Shown piece after piece: positions 13,190 to 25,160 of a stretch of 64,000 bases of DNA. Origin of the DNA: Felis catus (taxonomy: Eukaryota). The notes beneath the pieces were generated by a model that saw only the letters and a program-made list of their open reading frames with translations, was not told where the DNA came from and did not search any database. A program made the position numbers and the translations under genes. Within the stretch, counting starts at the first letter, position 1, and each line of letters starts with the position of its first letter. The DNA is taken from positions 170,006,001 through 170,070,000 of the forward strand of contig NC_058368.1 of NCBI RefSeq assembly GCF_018350175.1, written 5' to 3'.

Positions 13190-13415
13190 TTTTTTATTAA
13201 AATTTTTTTTTTCAACGTTTATTTATTTTTGGGACAGAGAGAGACAGAGCATGAACGGGGGAGGGGCAGAGAGAGAGGGAGACACAGAATCGGAAACAGG
13301 CTCCAGGCTCTGAGCCATCAGCCCAGAGCCTGACGCGGGGCTCGAACTCACGGACCGCGAGATCGTGACCTGTCTGAAGTCGGATGCTTAACCGACTGCG
13401 CCACCCAGGCGCCCC
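13190..13415 (-). mobile_element. Young Can-SINE (SINEC_Fc) inside L1
   Basis: CpG-rich: 'gacgcggggctcgaactcacggaccgcgagatcgtg...gactgcgccacccaggcgcccc'. TSD 'ggtgagtgattttttt'. Confidence 0.97.
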
Positions 13416-14299
13416 GGTGAGTGATTTTTTTAATGTATTGGTGGATTTGGTTTGCTAATATTTTGTTCTTGAAGATTTTTGCATCTATGTTTATCAGAGA
13501 TATTGGCCTGTACATCTGTTTTATTATAATGTCTTTGGTTTTGGTATCAGAATAATGCTAGCCTCATAGAATTAATTTAGAAGCTTTCCTTTTTTTTCCC
13601 TATTGCTATGAGACAGTTTGAGAAGAATGGGTATTAGCTCTTCTTTAAATGTTTACAGAATTCACCTGTGAAGCCATCTGATCTCAGTTTTGTTTGTTCA
13701 GAGTTTTTTAAATTATTGATTCATTTTCATTGCTGGTAATCAGTCTGTTCAAATTTTCTATTTTTCCTCATTCAGTTTTGCAAGGTGATACATTTCTAGG
13801 AACTTAACTGTTTCTTTCAGGTTGTCCAGTTTGTTGGCATATAATTTTTCATAATATTCTCCTATAATCCTTTATATTTCTATGGTGTAAATTGTTATTT
13901 AACCTCTTTCATTTCTGACTTTATTTGAGTCCTCTCTCCCTTCTTCTCCTTCTCCATCTCTTTCTTCTTTTTTGTAAATCTGGCTAAAGGTTTATCATTT
14001 TATTGATTTTTTCAAATCAGCTCCTGATTTCATTGATCTGTTGTATTAATATTTTTTAGTTTCTATATTGCTTATTTCTGCTCTACTCTTTATCATTTGC
14101 TTCCTTCTTCTGCTTTTGGGTTTTGTTTGTTCTTCTTTCTCTTGCTCCCGTAGGTATAAGGTGAGGTTGTTTATTTGATATTTTTCTTGCTTCTTGAGGT
14201 AGGCCTATATTGCTATAAGCTTACTTCTTAGAACTGCTTTTGCTGCATCCCAAAGATTTTGGAGCAGTGTGTTTTCATTTTAATTTGTCACTATGTATT

Positions 14300-15032
14300 T
14301 TTTTTAAGTTTTTATTTAAATTCCAATTGTTAACATACAGTGTAATACTAGTTTCAGGTGTACAATATAGTAATTCAATACTTCCATGCAATACCTGGGG
14401 CTCATCACAACAAGTACACTCCTTAATCCCCCTCACCTATTTAACTCATCCCCCACCCACCTCTCCTCAGTTTGTTCTCTATAATTAAGTCTGTTTCTTG
14501 GTTTACCACCCCCCTCTTTTTTCCCTTTGCTTATTTTGTATCTTTAATTCTACATATGAGTGAAATCAAGGTATTTGTCTTTGTTTGACCCACTTTTTTC
14601 ATTTAGTATAATACTCTCTAGCCCTTTCCATGTTGCCGCAAATGGCAAGATTTCATTCATTTTTTATGACTAGAGATATATGACTCATTTTTTATGACTT
14701 AGAGATATATGACATTATATATATGTCATCTCTTCTTTATCCTTTCATCAGTCAACAGATACTTGAATGTTTCCATAACTTGGCTATTGTAAATAATGCT
14801 GCTATAAACATCAGTGTGCATGTATCCCTTTGAATTAGTTTTTTTGTTTTCTTTGGGTAAATTCCTAGTAGTACAATTGCTGGATCACAGGGTAGTTCTA
14901 TTTTTCACTTTTTGAAGAAACTCCATACTGTTTTCTAGAGTGGCTGCATCAGTGTAGATTCCTACCAATAGTGCAAGAGAGTTCCCTTTCTCCACATCCT
15001 TGCCAACACCTGTCGTTTCTTGTGTTGTTGAT
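14300..15032 (-). mobile_element. Second, 5'-truncated carnivore L1 3' end nested in the 11.8-18.5 kb L1
   Basis: New T-tail and 'ttccaattgttaacatacagtgtaatactagtttcaggtgtacaa' 3' terminus, running through 'tgccaacacctgtcgtttcttgtgttgttgatt'. Confidence 0.88.
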
Positions 15033-16249
15033 TGTCCCCTTTGTAATTATATAGTTTTCTTCTTTTTCTCTTGCTCCCATCTTTGTTTTAGAGTCTTTTT
15101 TGTCCAATATAAATATTGCTACCTAGCTTTCTTTTCACATTAATTTTAATGATGAGTGTTTCTCCATCCCCTCACTTTCAACTGCATGTCTTTCGGTCTA
15201 AAGTGAGTCTCTTGTTGGCAGTATATGGATGAGTCTGTTTTTTTATCCATTCCTTCACCATATGTCTTTTGATTGGAACATTTAGTCCATTTACATTCAA
15301 AGTAATTTTTTATAAGTATGATTGCCATTTTGTTACTTGTTTTGTGGTTATTTTTGTAGTTTTTCTCTGTTCCTTTCTTCCCTTGCTCTCTTCTCTCGTG
15401 TTAAGTTGGCTTTCTTTAGTGGTATACTTGGATTTCTTTCTCTTTATTTTTTGCATATCTATCACTGGTTTTTCGTTTGTGGTTACCATTATGTAGCAGT
15501 CCATATTAAATGGATAGTCACTTAAGTTTGAACCCATTCTTATTCCCCCAACCCCCATTTTAGGTACATGGTGTCATAATTTAAATTCTTTTATTTTGTG
15601 AGTCCCTTGACTTATTTTAAAGATATCTTAATTTTAATGCTTTTATGCTTCCTGCTTTTATTACTGTTATTTATGATCGTTTCTTTCCACTACCCTCATA
15701 CACCCAGAGAGTCCTTTTTAACATTTCTTGTAGGGCTTGGTTTAGTGGTGATGAATTCTTTCGATTTTTGTTTGTCTGGGAAACTCTTTATGTCTCCTTC
15801 TATTCTGAATCATAGCCTTTCTGGATAGAGTATTCTTGGCTGCAGATTTTTCCCTTTCAGCATTTTGAACATATTATGCCAGTACCTTCTGGCCTGCAAC
15901 GTTTCTTCTGAAAAATCAGCTGATAAGCTTGTGGGGTTTCCCTTCTATGTAACTATTGTTGTTGTTGTTGTTTTCTTCCTCTTGCTGCTTTTAAAATTCC
16001 GTTTATCACTGCACTTTGCCATGTTAATTACTGTGTGTCTTGGTGTGGGTCTCCTTGGGTTGATTTTTCATGAAATTTCTGTGCCTCCTGGATTTGAATA
16101 TGTGTCCTTCCCCAGATTCAGGAATTTTCAGCTATTATTTCTTCAAATACATTTTCTGCCCCCTTCTCTCTCTCCTCTCCTTCTGGGATCCCTATAATGC
16201 AAATATTATTACTCTTGGTGGAGTTGCTGAGTTTCCTGTCTGTTTTCTT

Positions 16250-16466
16250 TTAATTTTTTAATGTGTTATTTATTTTTGAGACAGAGAGAGACAGAGCATG
16301 AGCAGGGGAGGGGCAGAGAGAGAGGGAGACACAGAATCTGAAGCAGGCTCCAGGCTCTGAGCTATCAGCGCACAGCCCGAAGCAAGGTTCGGGCTTGCTC
16401 ACAGACTGTGAGATCATGACCTGAGCTGGAGTCGGACGCTCAACCTACTGAGTCACCCAGGCTCCC
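16250..16466 (-). mobile_element. Can-SINE inside L1 ORF1
   Basis: Ends 'cctactgagtcacccaggctcccc'. Degenerate TSD 'cctgtctRttYt'. Confidence 0.93.
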
Positions 16467-19400
16467 CTGTCTATTCTTATTTTGCATATTTTTTGTCTCT
16501 CCTGTACAGTTTGATTGCTTTCTATTAGTCTGTCATTCAGATTGCTGATTTGTTCTTCTCCTTCCTCTAGCCTTCTACTTCTTCCATCTAGTGTATTTTT
16601 AATTCAATTATTGAGTTAAGCTGGGTTTTTTTCACATTTTTTATGCCTTTGTTGAGGGTCTCACTGAGGTCGTATGGTCTTTCAAGTACAGTATCTTTAT
16701 GACCATTACTTTTAATTCTCTATCAGGAATGTTACTTATCTCTCTTGTGTTTGACTCTCTTGCCATTAATTTTGTCCTGTTCTTTTATTTGAGGCATATT
16801 CCTCTGTATCCTTACTTTTTTTAACTCTGTGTGGCTGTTTCTCTATGTTAGGAATGCCACTTACATCTCCTTCTCTTGAAAGTAGTGGCCTTATGAAGAA
16901 GTCCTGCATTGCACTGCAGTACAATGTCCCATGTTCCCCAGAACCTGGCACTTCAGGGATGTCTCCTATGTGTGTTGTATACACCCTGCTGTTGTGGCTG
17001 AGCTGCTTTTGCCTTTGATCAAGTCATCTGTGATGCCTCTCTTTTGCCTTTTGTGGGCAGGATTTGATCCCCCATATTGTTAATGGGCCAGTCTGGGGTT
17101 ACTTTGGGTTTGAGTTGAGTCAGACCACGCATTTGCCAGAGATGTGGTAGCATCAAACTGTAGGATATTTTCCCTGTGTTGTCCCCTAAGAAACTTTTGT
17201 TGTTGGGCGGGGCCTGCATTCAGACCCAATGTATGCCCCAGGCCACTGCGAGACTACAGTTGTACTCTTTGTTGTGGTTATTTTTCCCTCTTCCTGGGGT
17301 AGGAGTAATTTTTGGTGGTGCTGGTCCATATAAGGGCTGCTTTCACCCTGCCAGGCTTGTGGTACCTCTTTGAATGGACTCTGACCAAGGACATATTGGA
17401 GAGGGCAGGTCCACAGTAAAATATGAGGCCAAGGCACATGATGTTAGCAACATTTGAGCAGATCTGCTGTGGGAGGAGATCTGGAACTGCTTTAGAAAAC
17501 TGCCACAGGGTTGGGGGGTGTCCAGAGGAGAACATGGGGATGGGCATGCAGTGCCACAAGGTCCTGCCAGAGAGGACTTGTAACCTCCAAAACTCCAAAA
17601 CTCCTGTTGAGCCTTGCCAGGTTGGAGGCTGTGGATATGCATTAGGACATGTGGGGAGGCACACAGTGTTTGCAGTTTGTACGAGTCTGCTATGGCAGAA
17701 GAACTGGAGCAGAAGGCCTGGATGGAGGAGTGTGTCCACAAGAGAACACAATGATGCACTGTTAGCAAGTTAGGTAGAGAGTGTTGCTGCTGCACTGGTT
17801 CCCCCTAGTGTCTATATAACTAGGCCGGGGCAAGTCAGAGCATTGGTGCCTGCCAGCAACTTTGTTCCTGGAGAAGTTTCCCAAAGATCCCTGCCACTCC
17901 AGCACACACTCTGAGATTAGCAAACAAATCTCCCTCCCCTATTCTCCAGGCATTTTTCAAACTGCTGCTTCTATGCTATATCTCAGCAAGGCTGTTTGTT
18001 ATGCTGTGTCTTTAAGAACAGAGACTCAGTTTCCTCTCAACCTTCTGGCTCTCCCAAAGCCAAACCCACTACGTTGTAAAGGTCCAGGTATAAAGCCCTG
18101 CTGATTGCAAGAATGTGGAGAATTATGTCCTTCTTGTTTTCAAAGCCAAATGTTATGGGGATTCCTCTTCCCCATGGGTTCTCTATGCTGGGGCTGCTTG
18201 GTATGAGGGTTCATTTCTCTGTGCCCAAGGCATCCCCTCCTCCCATGGACAGTCCTATGGGTCTGTTTGGTTCCTCACCATGTCTCTGCTCCTCCAACCC
18301 TCTTTGATGTGGCCTCTTCTATACATAGCTATGAAGAGTCTGTTTTTCCAGTATTTGGGTCTTTTTCTGTGTTATTTACATGGATGTGGGTGTTATCTGG
18401 TTGTATCTATGGGATGAGGTGAGCTTAGTGTTCTCCTATTGTGCCACATTCCCCAAAAGTCTCTGAATAAGTGTTTTATATGTCTCAAATCTATATAAAG
18501 TATCATAGCCCAGCTTCTCTTATAGGTCAAGAATAGAATGCACACATATTTTAAAAATCAAATTGGTCACCCATATATAATAAACCGATTATTGCATATT
18601 TCAGGTAGACATCAATATTTTGGACCACTTTTTTTAAATCAGAATATCTAGCACTACTCAGCTACCCTTCCTCAAAAGCAGCAATTGAAAAGAGTGAGGA
18701 GTGTTGCCTCTTGTGAAAGGCAATATTCTCCAGTGTCTGAATCCTTATGATCCTATTGTTTCTCTGAAAATGAGGGCGAGTTTCAGTAGCCATTTGTCAT
18801 TGCACTGGCATTGATGTTTTCCTTAGAATCAAGCACTCTGTCTTTAGGCATGTCTCCATCAGAGGTAGAAAATGAAAAGAGGTAAAGAGGAGGAAGTATA
18901 AAAGTGGGCTATATTATTTCTTCATGGAAGTGAGAGTATCACAGATGACTCACCCATTTGCATCCTTGCTCATTCCCAACAGATACTTCAATTTGCAATT
19001 CCAGTTATAAACCCTTCTGGATTTAGGAACACAAGCACTGCCATACTGATCCATCATTTTCTCCACATAGAAGATTGCTGTTGCTACTTGAGATTGCTCT
19101 CTGACTAAATTTTTCACATCTTGTTACAGTCCCATAAACTATCAACTTCTACTTAAACAGCTTTTTCAGAACTTTTATCTAAATACTAAAATAAATATTT
19201 GTGCTCTGAAGAAAGCAGAGACATATTATGGAGTAGCTAACCAGTCTTAAGATCATCTACCATCTCACTGACTTGTCACATTTGTAGGAGTGATTTTCTT
19301 TGGTGCAAATAATATAACCCTGGGGAATTTAATTAAAGGAAATTTATTAGAAGAGCAGGGGATGGCACCACAGTCAGTGAGAGGACTGAAGAGAACCCAA

Positions 19401-19723
19401 CCCAGCAAGATGGAAACAGATACAGCTCAGAGAAGTTGGATGGCAGGAGTGGATGACAGTTTTATTAACACTGATGACAAGCAACATCTCCAAAAGTTTT
19501 TTTTGGTTTTTATTCTTCTATCCATTAACTCAAGACCCAAAGTTCAGATGTCCAGATGGTCTGCAGTGAATGACACATGTCTCTAAGGGAAGGAGGGCAG
19601 TATACCTTGACTGACAATCTCAACAAAGCTACAGACAGTGAAGCAGAGGTAATTTTGCTAAAGAAAATTCAGATGCCTGTGGCCAGAAGAAAAGGGGAAT
19701 AGTTAGCAGAATACAGCTTAATT

Positions 19724-19839
19724 CCACCATAGGATCTGTTCATTATAATCTACCAGATGATTTCTAATGTCTTTTAATTCTGCATTGTTTTGACAGAAAG
19801 AAAAATAAGATGACTCAATTTGTTCTGTTGACACATTCT
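19724..19839 (+). repeat. ~115-bp direct repeat A (second copy A' at 20929-21043), about 80% identity
   Basis: 'aggatctgttcattataatctaccagatgatttctaatgtctt...gaaaaataagatgactca...ttgacacattct' vs 'aggatctgttcaccataatcaagcagatgacttctaatgtctt...gaaaaataaggtgactca...ttgacacagtct'. Confidence 0.9.
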
Positions 19840-20912
19840 GAACTTATATTTGTACTCATAGTTTTATATTATTGTCAGAAAAATTCTTCCCAAATTGACT
19901 GAGCTTTAAGGACCAGATACCTACATCTCTCCTGAAATAATTAAACACATCATTCATAGTGCAGTTTTTTAAATCAAGGAGACATTAAGACAGACACAAG
20001 ATAAATCCTACATGGGATCTTCATCAAACACTTTTTTCTCCCACTCCATCATCTGTCACCTTCTCTTTTTTTTTTTTTTAATTTTTTTTTCAACGTTTAT
20101 TTATTTTTGGGACAGAGAGAGACAGAGCATGAACAGGGGAGGGGTAGAGAGAGAGGGAGACACAGAATCAGAAACAGGCTCCAGGCTCTGAGCCATCAGC
20201 CCTGAGCCTGACGCGGGGCTCGAACTCATGGACCGCGAGATCGTGACCTGGCTGAAGTCGGATGCTTAACCGACTGCGCCAACCAGGCGCCCCATCTGTC
20301 ATCTTCTCTTCTGCCACTTTCTATCCCTCTCTTTTTACTCAAGAAACTGAAATAAAGATAAGGGTAACAGTTTATAACAAAACAGAATAGAGTCAAAAAG
20401 CAAAGGAGAAGCCATGTTGGAGGCAAAGAACTTGAATAGATTTTAGAGAAAGAAAAAGAATTTTGAGGTATGTAAGTTAGGCCTCTAGCAAATTTAGATG
20501 TCGAAATTAAATTCATATATTCCATTTTACTGCATTTCATTTTTGACACATAAAGAGGGCAAGATGGCAGAGGGGTGGGGGCGGGTTCACAGTCCACAGG
20601 GAGTGTGGCAGAAAGAGGGGTGGAGAGGGAAAGGTAAGGTTGTCGTGGTCAAGAGGCAAAATAGGAAGGAAACTTCATGCATGGAAAAGTCCTACACCAA
20701 TCCACAACCCTCATCACTGTTTTGATCTTGTAAGTAATTCTTCCCTGCCTCTCCTTTCTCCCAGCTTAGAAGATTTGCTTAAAGTTACAGCCAAGCGCTG
20801 CTCAACATATTCCCCTCTCCCACACCTTCCCTCCTCACTCTCAGCCCACACCACACACAGTGGAAAAGCAGTTTAGAGATCTCTCAGCTCTCCCTCACAG
20901 GCCCAAGCTGCA
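19840..20912 (+). repeat. Left arm (B) of a long inverted repeat
   Basis: Reverse complement of 21733-22723. The ORF track shows identical peptides at 20640..20876(+) and 21769..22005(-). Confidence 0.97.
20068..20292 (-). mobile_element. Young Can-SINE (SINEC_Fc), present only in the left IR arm
   Basis: TSD 'catctgtcaYcttctctt' at 20050-20067 and 20293-20310. The corresponding site in the right arm (about 22335-22352) is empty. Confidence 0.97.
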
Positions 20913-21333
20913 AATGAATATTTCCAGCCCACTACAGGATCTGTTCACCATAATCAAGCAGATGACTTCTAATGTCTTCAAATCTGTGACGTTTTGATGC
21001 GAAGAAAAATAAGGTGACTCACTTTGTGCTTTTGACACAGTCTCTACTGATTGCCTTTCATGGTTATAAAATCATACGCTGTCAACCTGACTCCTAGCAG
21101 AAAAGGTCCAAGCCCCTTGTATAAATAGAAAAGATTCAGTCTTGATATTTCAATTCCAGAGAAAATTTTAAGTAATGAATGTCTTGTACTGGGCATAAAA
21201 TTAGAAAGTCTACTTAAACTACCGTAAGGCAGATGAATAGATCTAAGTGTCAAAATGTATTTGGAATTTTCCCCCAATGTGTATGGCCCTCTTTACCATC
21301 ACTCTCAGCCTGATAAAACCTACTAATCTACGG

Positions 21334-21346
21334 TGCTGACTCAGGA
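21334..21346 (+). promoter_or_regulatory. Candidate MARE/AP-1 element TGCTGACTCAGGA in the IR spacer
   Basis: One mismatch to T-MARE TGCTGACTCAGCA. Motif match only, no functional evidence. Confidence 0.25.
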
Positions 21347-21732
21347 TAGAACACATGTTTCCCCTCAGGATTTGCTGGGATAGCTGAGGATGTCCCATAT
21401 TCTTACTTTGATCTGTGTAGTTTCAGCTATCCATAGATTGTCAGAAACTAAAAAAATTCCTTGGCAGAGAGCTGCCAGGGACCATTCATGGCTCAGGAGA
21501 TTTAAAAAAATGATATCAGAGAATATCTAAAGCTTATGAGCTGCAGACTGGCTGCACAGATTTGGTAAAAGCAGAGGAATTATTTATGCTGGAGGGAAGA
21601 ATTACAATAGAAACACATAGGGATTTGGGCTGATGAACTCAAAACTTAGTTGAATTTAGTATATACTATGAACCTCTATTTTTAATATAATTCAAAAATC
21701 TTTAAAAAGTAGTAAGCTGGAAGTGATCAGTG

Positions 21733-22723
21733 TGCAGCTTGGGCCTGTAAAGGAGAGCTGAGAGATCTCTAAACTGCTTTTCCACTGTGTGTGGTGTGGG
21801 CTGAGAGTGAGGAGGGAAGGTGTGGGAGAGGGGAATATGTTGAGCAGCGCTTGGCTGTAACTTTAAGCAAATCTTCTAAGCTGGGAGAAAGGAGAGGCAG
21901 GGAAGAATTACTTACAAGATCAAAACAGTGATGAGGGTTGTGGATTGGTGTAGGACTTTTCCATGCATGAAGTTTCCTTCCTATTTTGCCTCTTGACCAC
22001 GACAACCTTACCTTTCCCTCTCCACCCCTCTTTCTGCCACACTCCCTGTGGACTGTGAACCCGCCCCCACCCCTCTGCCATCTTGCCCTCTTTATGTGTC
22101 AAAAATGAAATGCAGTAAAATGGAATATATGAATTTAATTTCAACATCTAAATTTGCTAGAGGCCTAACTTACATACCTCAAAATTCTTTTTCTTTCTCT
22201 AAAATCTACTCAAGTTCTTTGCCTCCAACATGGCTTCTCCTTTGCTTTTTGACATCATTGTTTTATTGTCTTTATTTCTGTTTCTTGAGTAAAAATAGAG
22301 GGCTGTAACAAAGAAAGTAAAAAAGAAGTGACAGAAGAGAAGGTTACAGATGATGGAGTGGGAGAAGAAAGTGTTTGATGAAGATCCCGTGTAGGATTTA
22401 TCTTGTATCTCTCTTAATGTCTCCTTGACTTAAAAAATTGCACTGTGGGGGTGCCTGGCTGCCTTAATTAGCAGAGAGAGGATCCTAAGCAGGCTCCACG
22501 CTATCAGCTCAGAGCCTAATGCAGTGCTCAAACTCATGAACTGTGAGACCATGACCTGATTTGTAATCAAGCATCAGATTCCTAACCGGCTGAGCCACCC
22601 AGGTGTCCCTAAATGAAGTGTTTTAATTCCTTCAAGAGAGATGTAGGTATTTGAGCCCTAAAGCTTAATTTAGGGGAAATTTTGTGAAAAATAATACAAA
22701 ACTATGAATATACATTTAAGTTC
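21733..22723 (-). repeat. Right arm (B') of the long inverted repeat
   Basis: Starts 'tgcagcttgggcctgt', ends 'tacatttaagttc'. Mirrors 19840-20912. Confidence 0.97.
22448..22609. mobile_element. Chimeric Can-SINE: plus-strand head (~30 nt) fused to a minus-strand SINE lacking its tail
   Basis: Begins 'ggggtgcctggctgccttaattagcagag' and ends 'ggctgagccacccaggtgtccc'. No A/T tail and no TSD. Confidence 0.8.
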
Positions 22724-23499
22724 AAAGGTGAATATTATCTTCTACTTCTAATTTATATGAAGAATAACCAAAGAATCTTTCTGAATCATGGTAAGAGCAA
22801 TATCCACAAGACAGATGAAGTAAACATCATTTCCTAAGAGGATAATGAAGAATAGTAGATATAATAAAGGCTTAATGAACTGAATTCCAGAACAAGCAAG
22901 TGCTGCCTAGTTGTACCATAGCAGGTTCTCTACCTGAGGGATAGTTGTTGGTCTGAATATGGATGGATGGAGATGTGGATCTGCAGTAGGTGAAGAGCCT
23001 CTGCAGGGGCAAAGAGAAAATAGCTGAGTTTTACATGATACTGAGTTGGCAAGAGATGTTCAAATCTGGAAGGGTCCAAACAAAGAACAGTTAGCTCAGC
23101 CATATAAGTTTCGTATCTGAATATTATAAGAATTCAGCCATGGAGGAGGGGCCAGTTAGCAGAAAGAACTCACATATTCTTGTGTTCCCTGGATCCCAGA
23201 GCACTGCCAAAGTTGAATCCAAACAAAAATGTCTTAAACTGAATCCCACCTTTCTCGTAGTTGAAATATGGGCAAGCTAAAAAAGATAGTGATGATACAG
23301 GAGAACTGGGACAGGGCTAATCACAGGTGAACTCAGTAACTAAAGCTGTGATAGAATTCCAGTTTAGTTTGACTCTATAAAGATTTTTAATGCCAGTACC
23401 CACACCTTACCCGGCAGAGAGGGTCACTGGCTTCCGTTATCTGGCAAAGAAGCAAAATTTGAATTGAAAACTTTATATTGCTTTTTATACACATTATTC

Positions 23500-24520
23500 A
23501 TAATACAATAAAATGATGTAGCAGAAAAATAGGTCTCATTATCAAGTGAAAAAAAATAATGTAAACATAAGTGCTTCAGATACTAGAATTAGCAGCTCCA
23601 GAATCTAGCATAATTATGAAAAAAAAGTTAAAGAATTTATGGGAAAAGATCAACAAAATGGTTAAAGGGATAAAATATTTGGGGAGACGTAGAAATTCTA
23701 AAATAAAAAAGAATCAAATTCAGTTTCTAAAATTGAACTTTATAATATCTCAAAACAAAATTTTATTGCAAGAGTATTAAAGCCATTTAGATAGTGTTTC
23801 TAAAGATCTTCAGTAGAAAATTTCTAACTGAAGGTCATAGCAGAGAAAAAGGTAGAAAAAAATAAAACAGGGCATCTGTAATTTCTATAATTAACAAACT
23901 ATCTAAAATGTGTGTACTTGAACTCCTAGAATGAGGAAAAAAAGAATGATGCAGAAAACATGTTTTGCAAATAATGGGCAAAATTTTTTTTTCAAATTTA
24001 ACAAAAGGTATCAATCTACAGATCGCAAAGCTTAAAAAACCCCAAGTAACAAAACTCAAGTAGAATAAAGAAAATCACACCTAGGGATACATAGTGAAGT
24101 CGCTAAAAGCCAAAAAGAAAGAAAACATGTTGAAAGCATCCAGAGGGGAAAAAAAGACATGTTACATATAAAAGAAATAACCGTAAGGATGATAGCTGAC
24201 TTCCGTCAGAAAAACTGCAAGCCAAAAGATGGTAGAATGGCTGATTATTCCAAGTACTGATGCAGATATGGAGCAAATAGAACTCTCATATATTGCTGGG
24301 GTGACTGTAAAATCATACACCAACTATTTAAGACATTTGAGTTGTTCTTATGTAGTTCAGCTTTCATTATCTATGACCGGAGCATTATACTTTTGGTTAC
24401 CTACCTAGAGAAATGAAAATATTTGTCCATAAAATGTCTTATATGAGAATGTCTATTGCTAAAATTGGAAACATTGATGAAGAGGGGAATGGATAAGTAA
24501 ACTTTGTTATAACCATACAA
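23500..24520 (+). mobile_element. Ancient L1M (L1ME-like) ORF1 remnant joined to a 3' region fragment
   Basis: 'aaaatcacacctagggatacatagtgaagtcgctaaaagcc...gatagctgacttccgtcagaaaaactgcaagcc' (ORF1), then 'gatatggagcaaatagaactctcatatattgctgg' (3' region). May extend left toward 22730. Confidence 0.7.
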
Positions 24521-24989
24521 CATGTAGAGCAGAAACTTGGAAAGCTGAGCTATCTAAGTAACTCTCATGTAATCCAGCTGAACCTCAGCTGACCTTCAGA
24601 AACAGGCATGATATAATAAGTTATATTTAACCACTGAGTTTGGGGATGCTGTTATGGAACATAATTGCCAATAACTAACCAACAAATTCAGTAACAAGGT
24701 GTTACACAGCTTCTTCTACTTATGTGTATCTTCCTTTTAAGGTCCTTAATTCACTTTGTTGTTTTTTTGCAAACAAACATGGAGTTGTAGGTATATTTCC
24801 AATAATGAACATTCGTTTCACTAACAACCAATTTATACCCTGCTGTTCTGTTTCTGTATCTTCCTGCATACAAGCTAACTTTTGTTTCAGTGCTAAATCA
24901 TAATCTAATCTTTTTAAAGACATTTTAGATAGCAAGGCAACATGACTTGTACAGAGCCAAAAATGCACACAGACCAAATTAAGTAAGGT

Positions 24990-25160
24990 TGGTAGTAAAC
25001 AGTAATGATCGAGTTTGTGTATGCACTGACACTGATACCTGTGTCACAACTGTTGTTTGGCTGACAGCAGTTGTAAAGTACCATCAATTATAGGAAACAT
25101 TACAATCCCAAGATGTTAAAATGTGAAATAAATTTGCTTCTTAGAATCAGTGGAAAATGA
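24990..25160. mobile_element. TcMar-Tc2 DNA transposon end (MER104/Kanga-like)
   Basis: 'ccatcaattataggaaacattacaatcccaagatgttaaaatgtgaaataaatttgcttcttagaatcagtggaaaatg' resembles the recalled terminus. Confidence 0.45.

Larger units (their letters stand above)
11801..18465 (-). mobile_element. Carnivore L1 (L1_Carn-like), 5'UTR to 3' tail, internally deleted and rearranged, inactive
   Basis: 3' tail at about 11801-11840, RT-region text 12910-14290, endonuclease start and ORF1 15033-16800, 5'UTR to 18465. TSD 'aataagtgtttt' at 11789-11800 and 18466-18477. About 1.3 kb of ORF2 is missing at about 12905. Confidence 0.9.

Noticed and set aside
17019..18417. Cluster of 100-157-aa ORFs as a gene
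   Set aside because: They fall in the GC-richer 5'UTR of the L1 bounded by TSDs, and are not preserved in the sister L1 at 33.2-34.5 kb.
20226..22308. Duplicated ORFs on opposite strands (e.g. MSWSRGKIGRK..., MDCEPAPTPLP...) as a duplicated gene
   Set aside because: Short, mostly non-ATG starts, no recognisable protein family. The identity simply reflects the inverted repeat.
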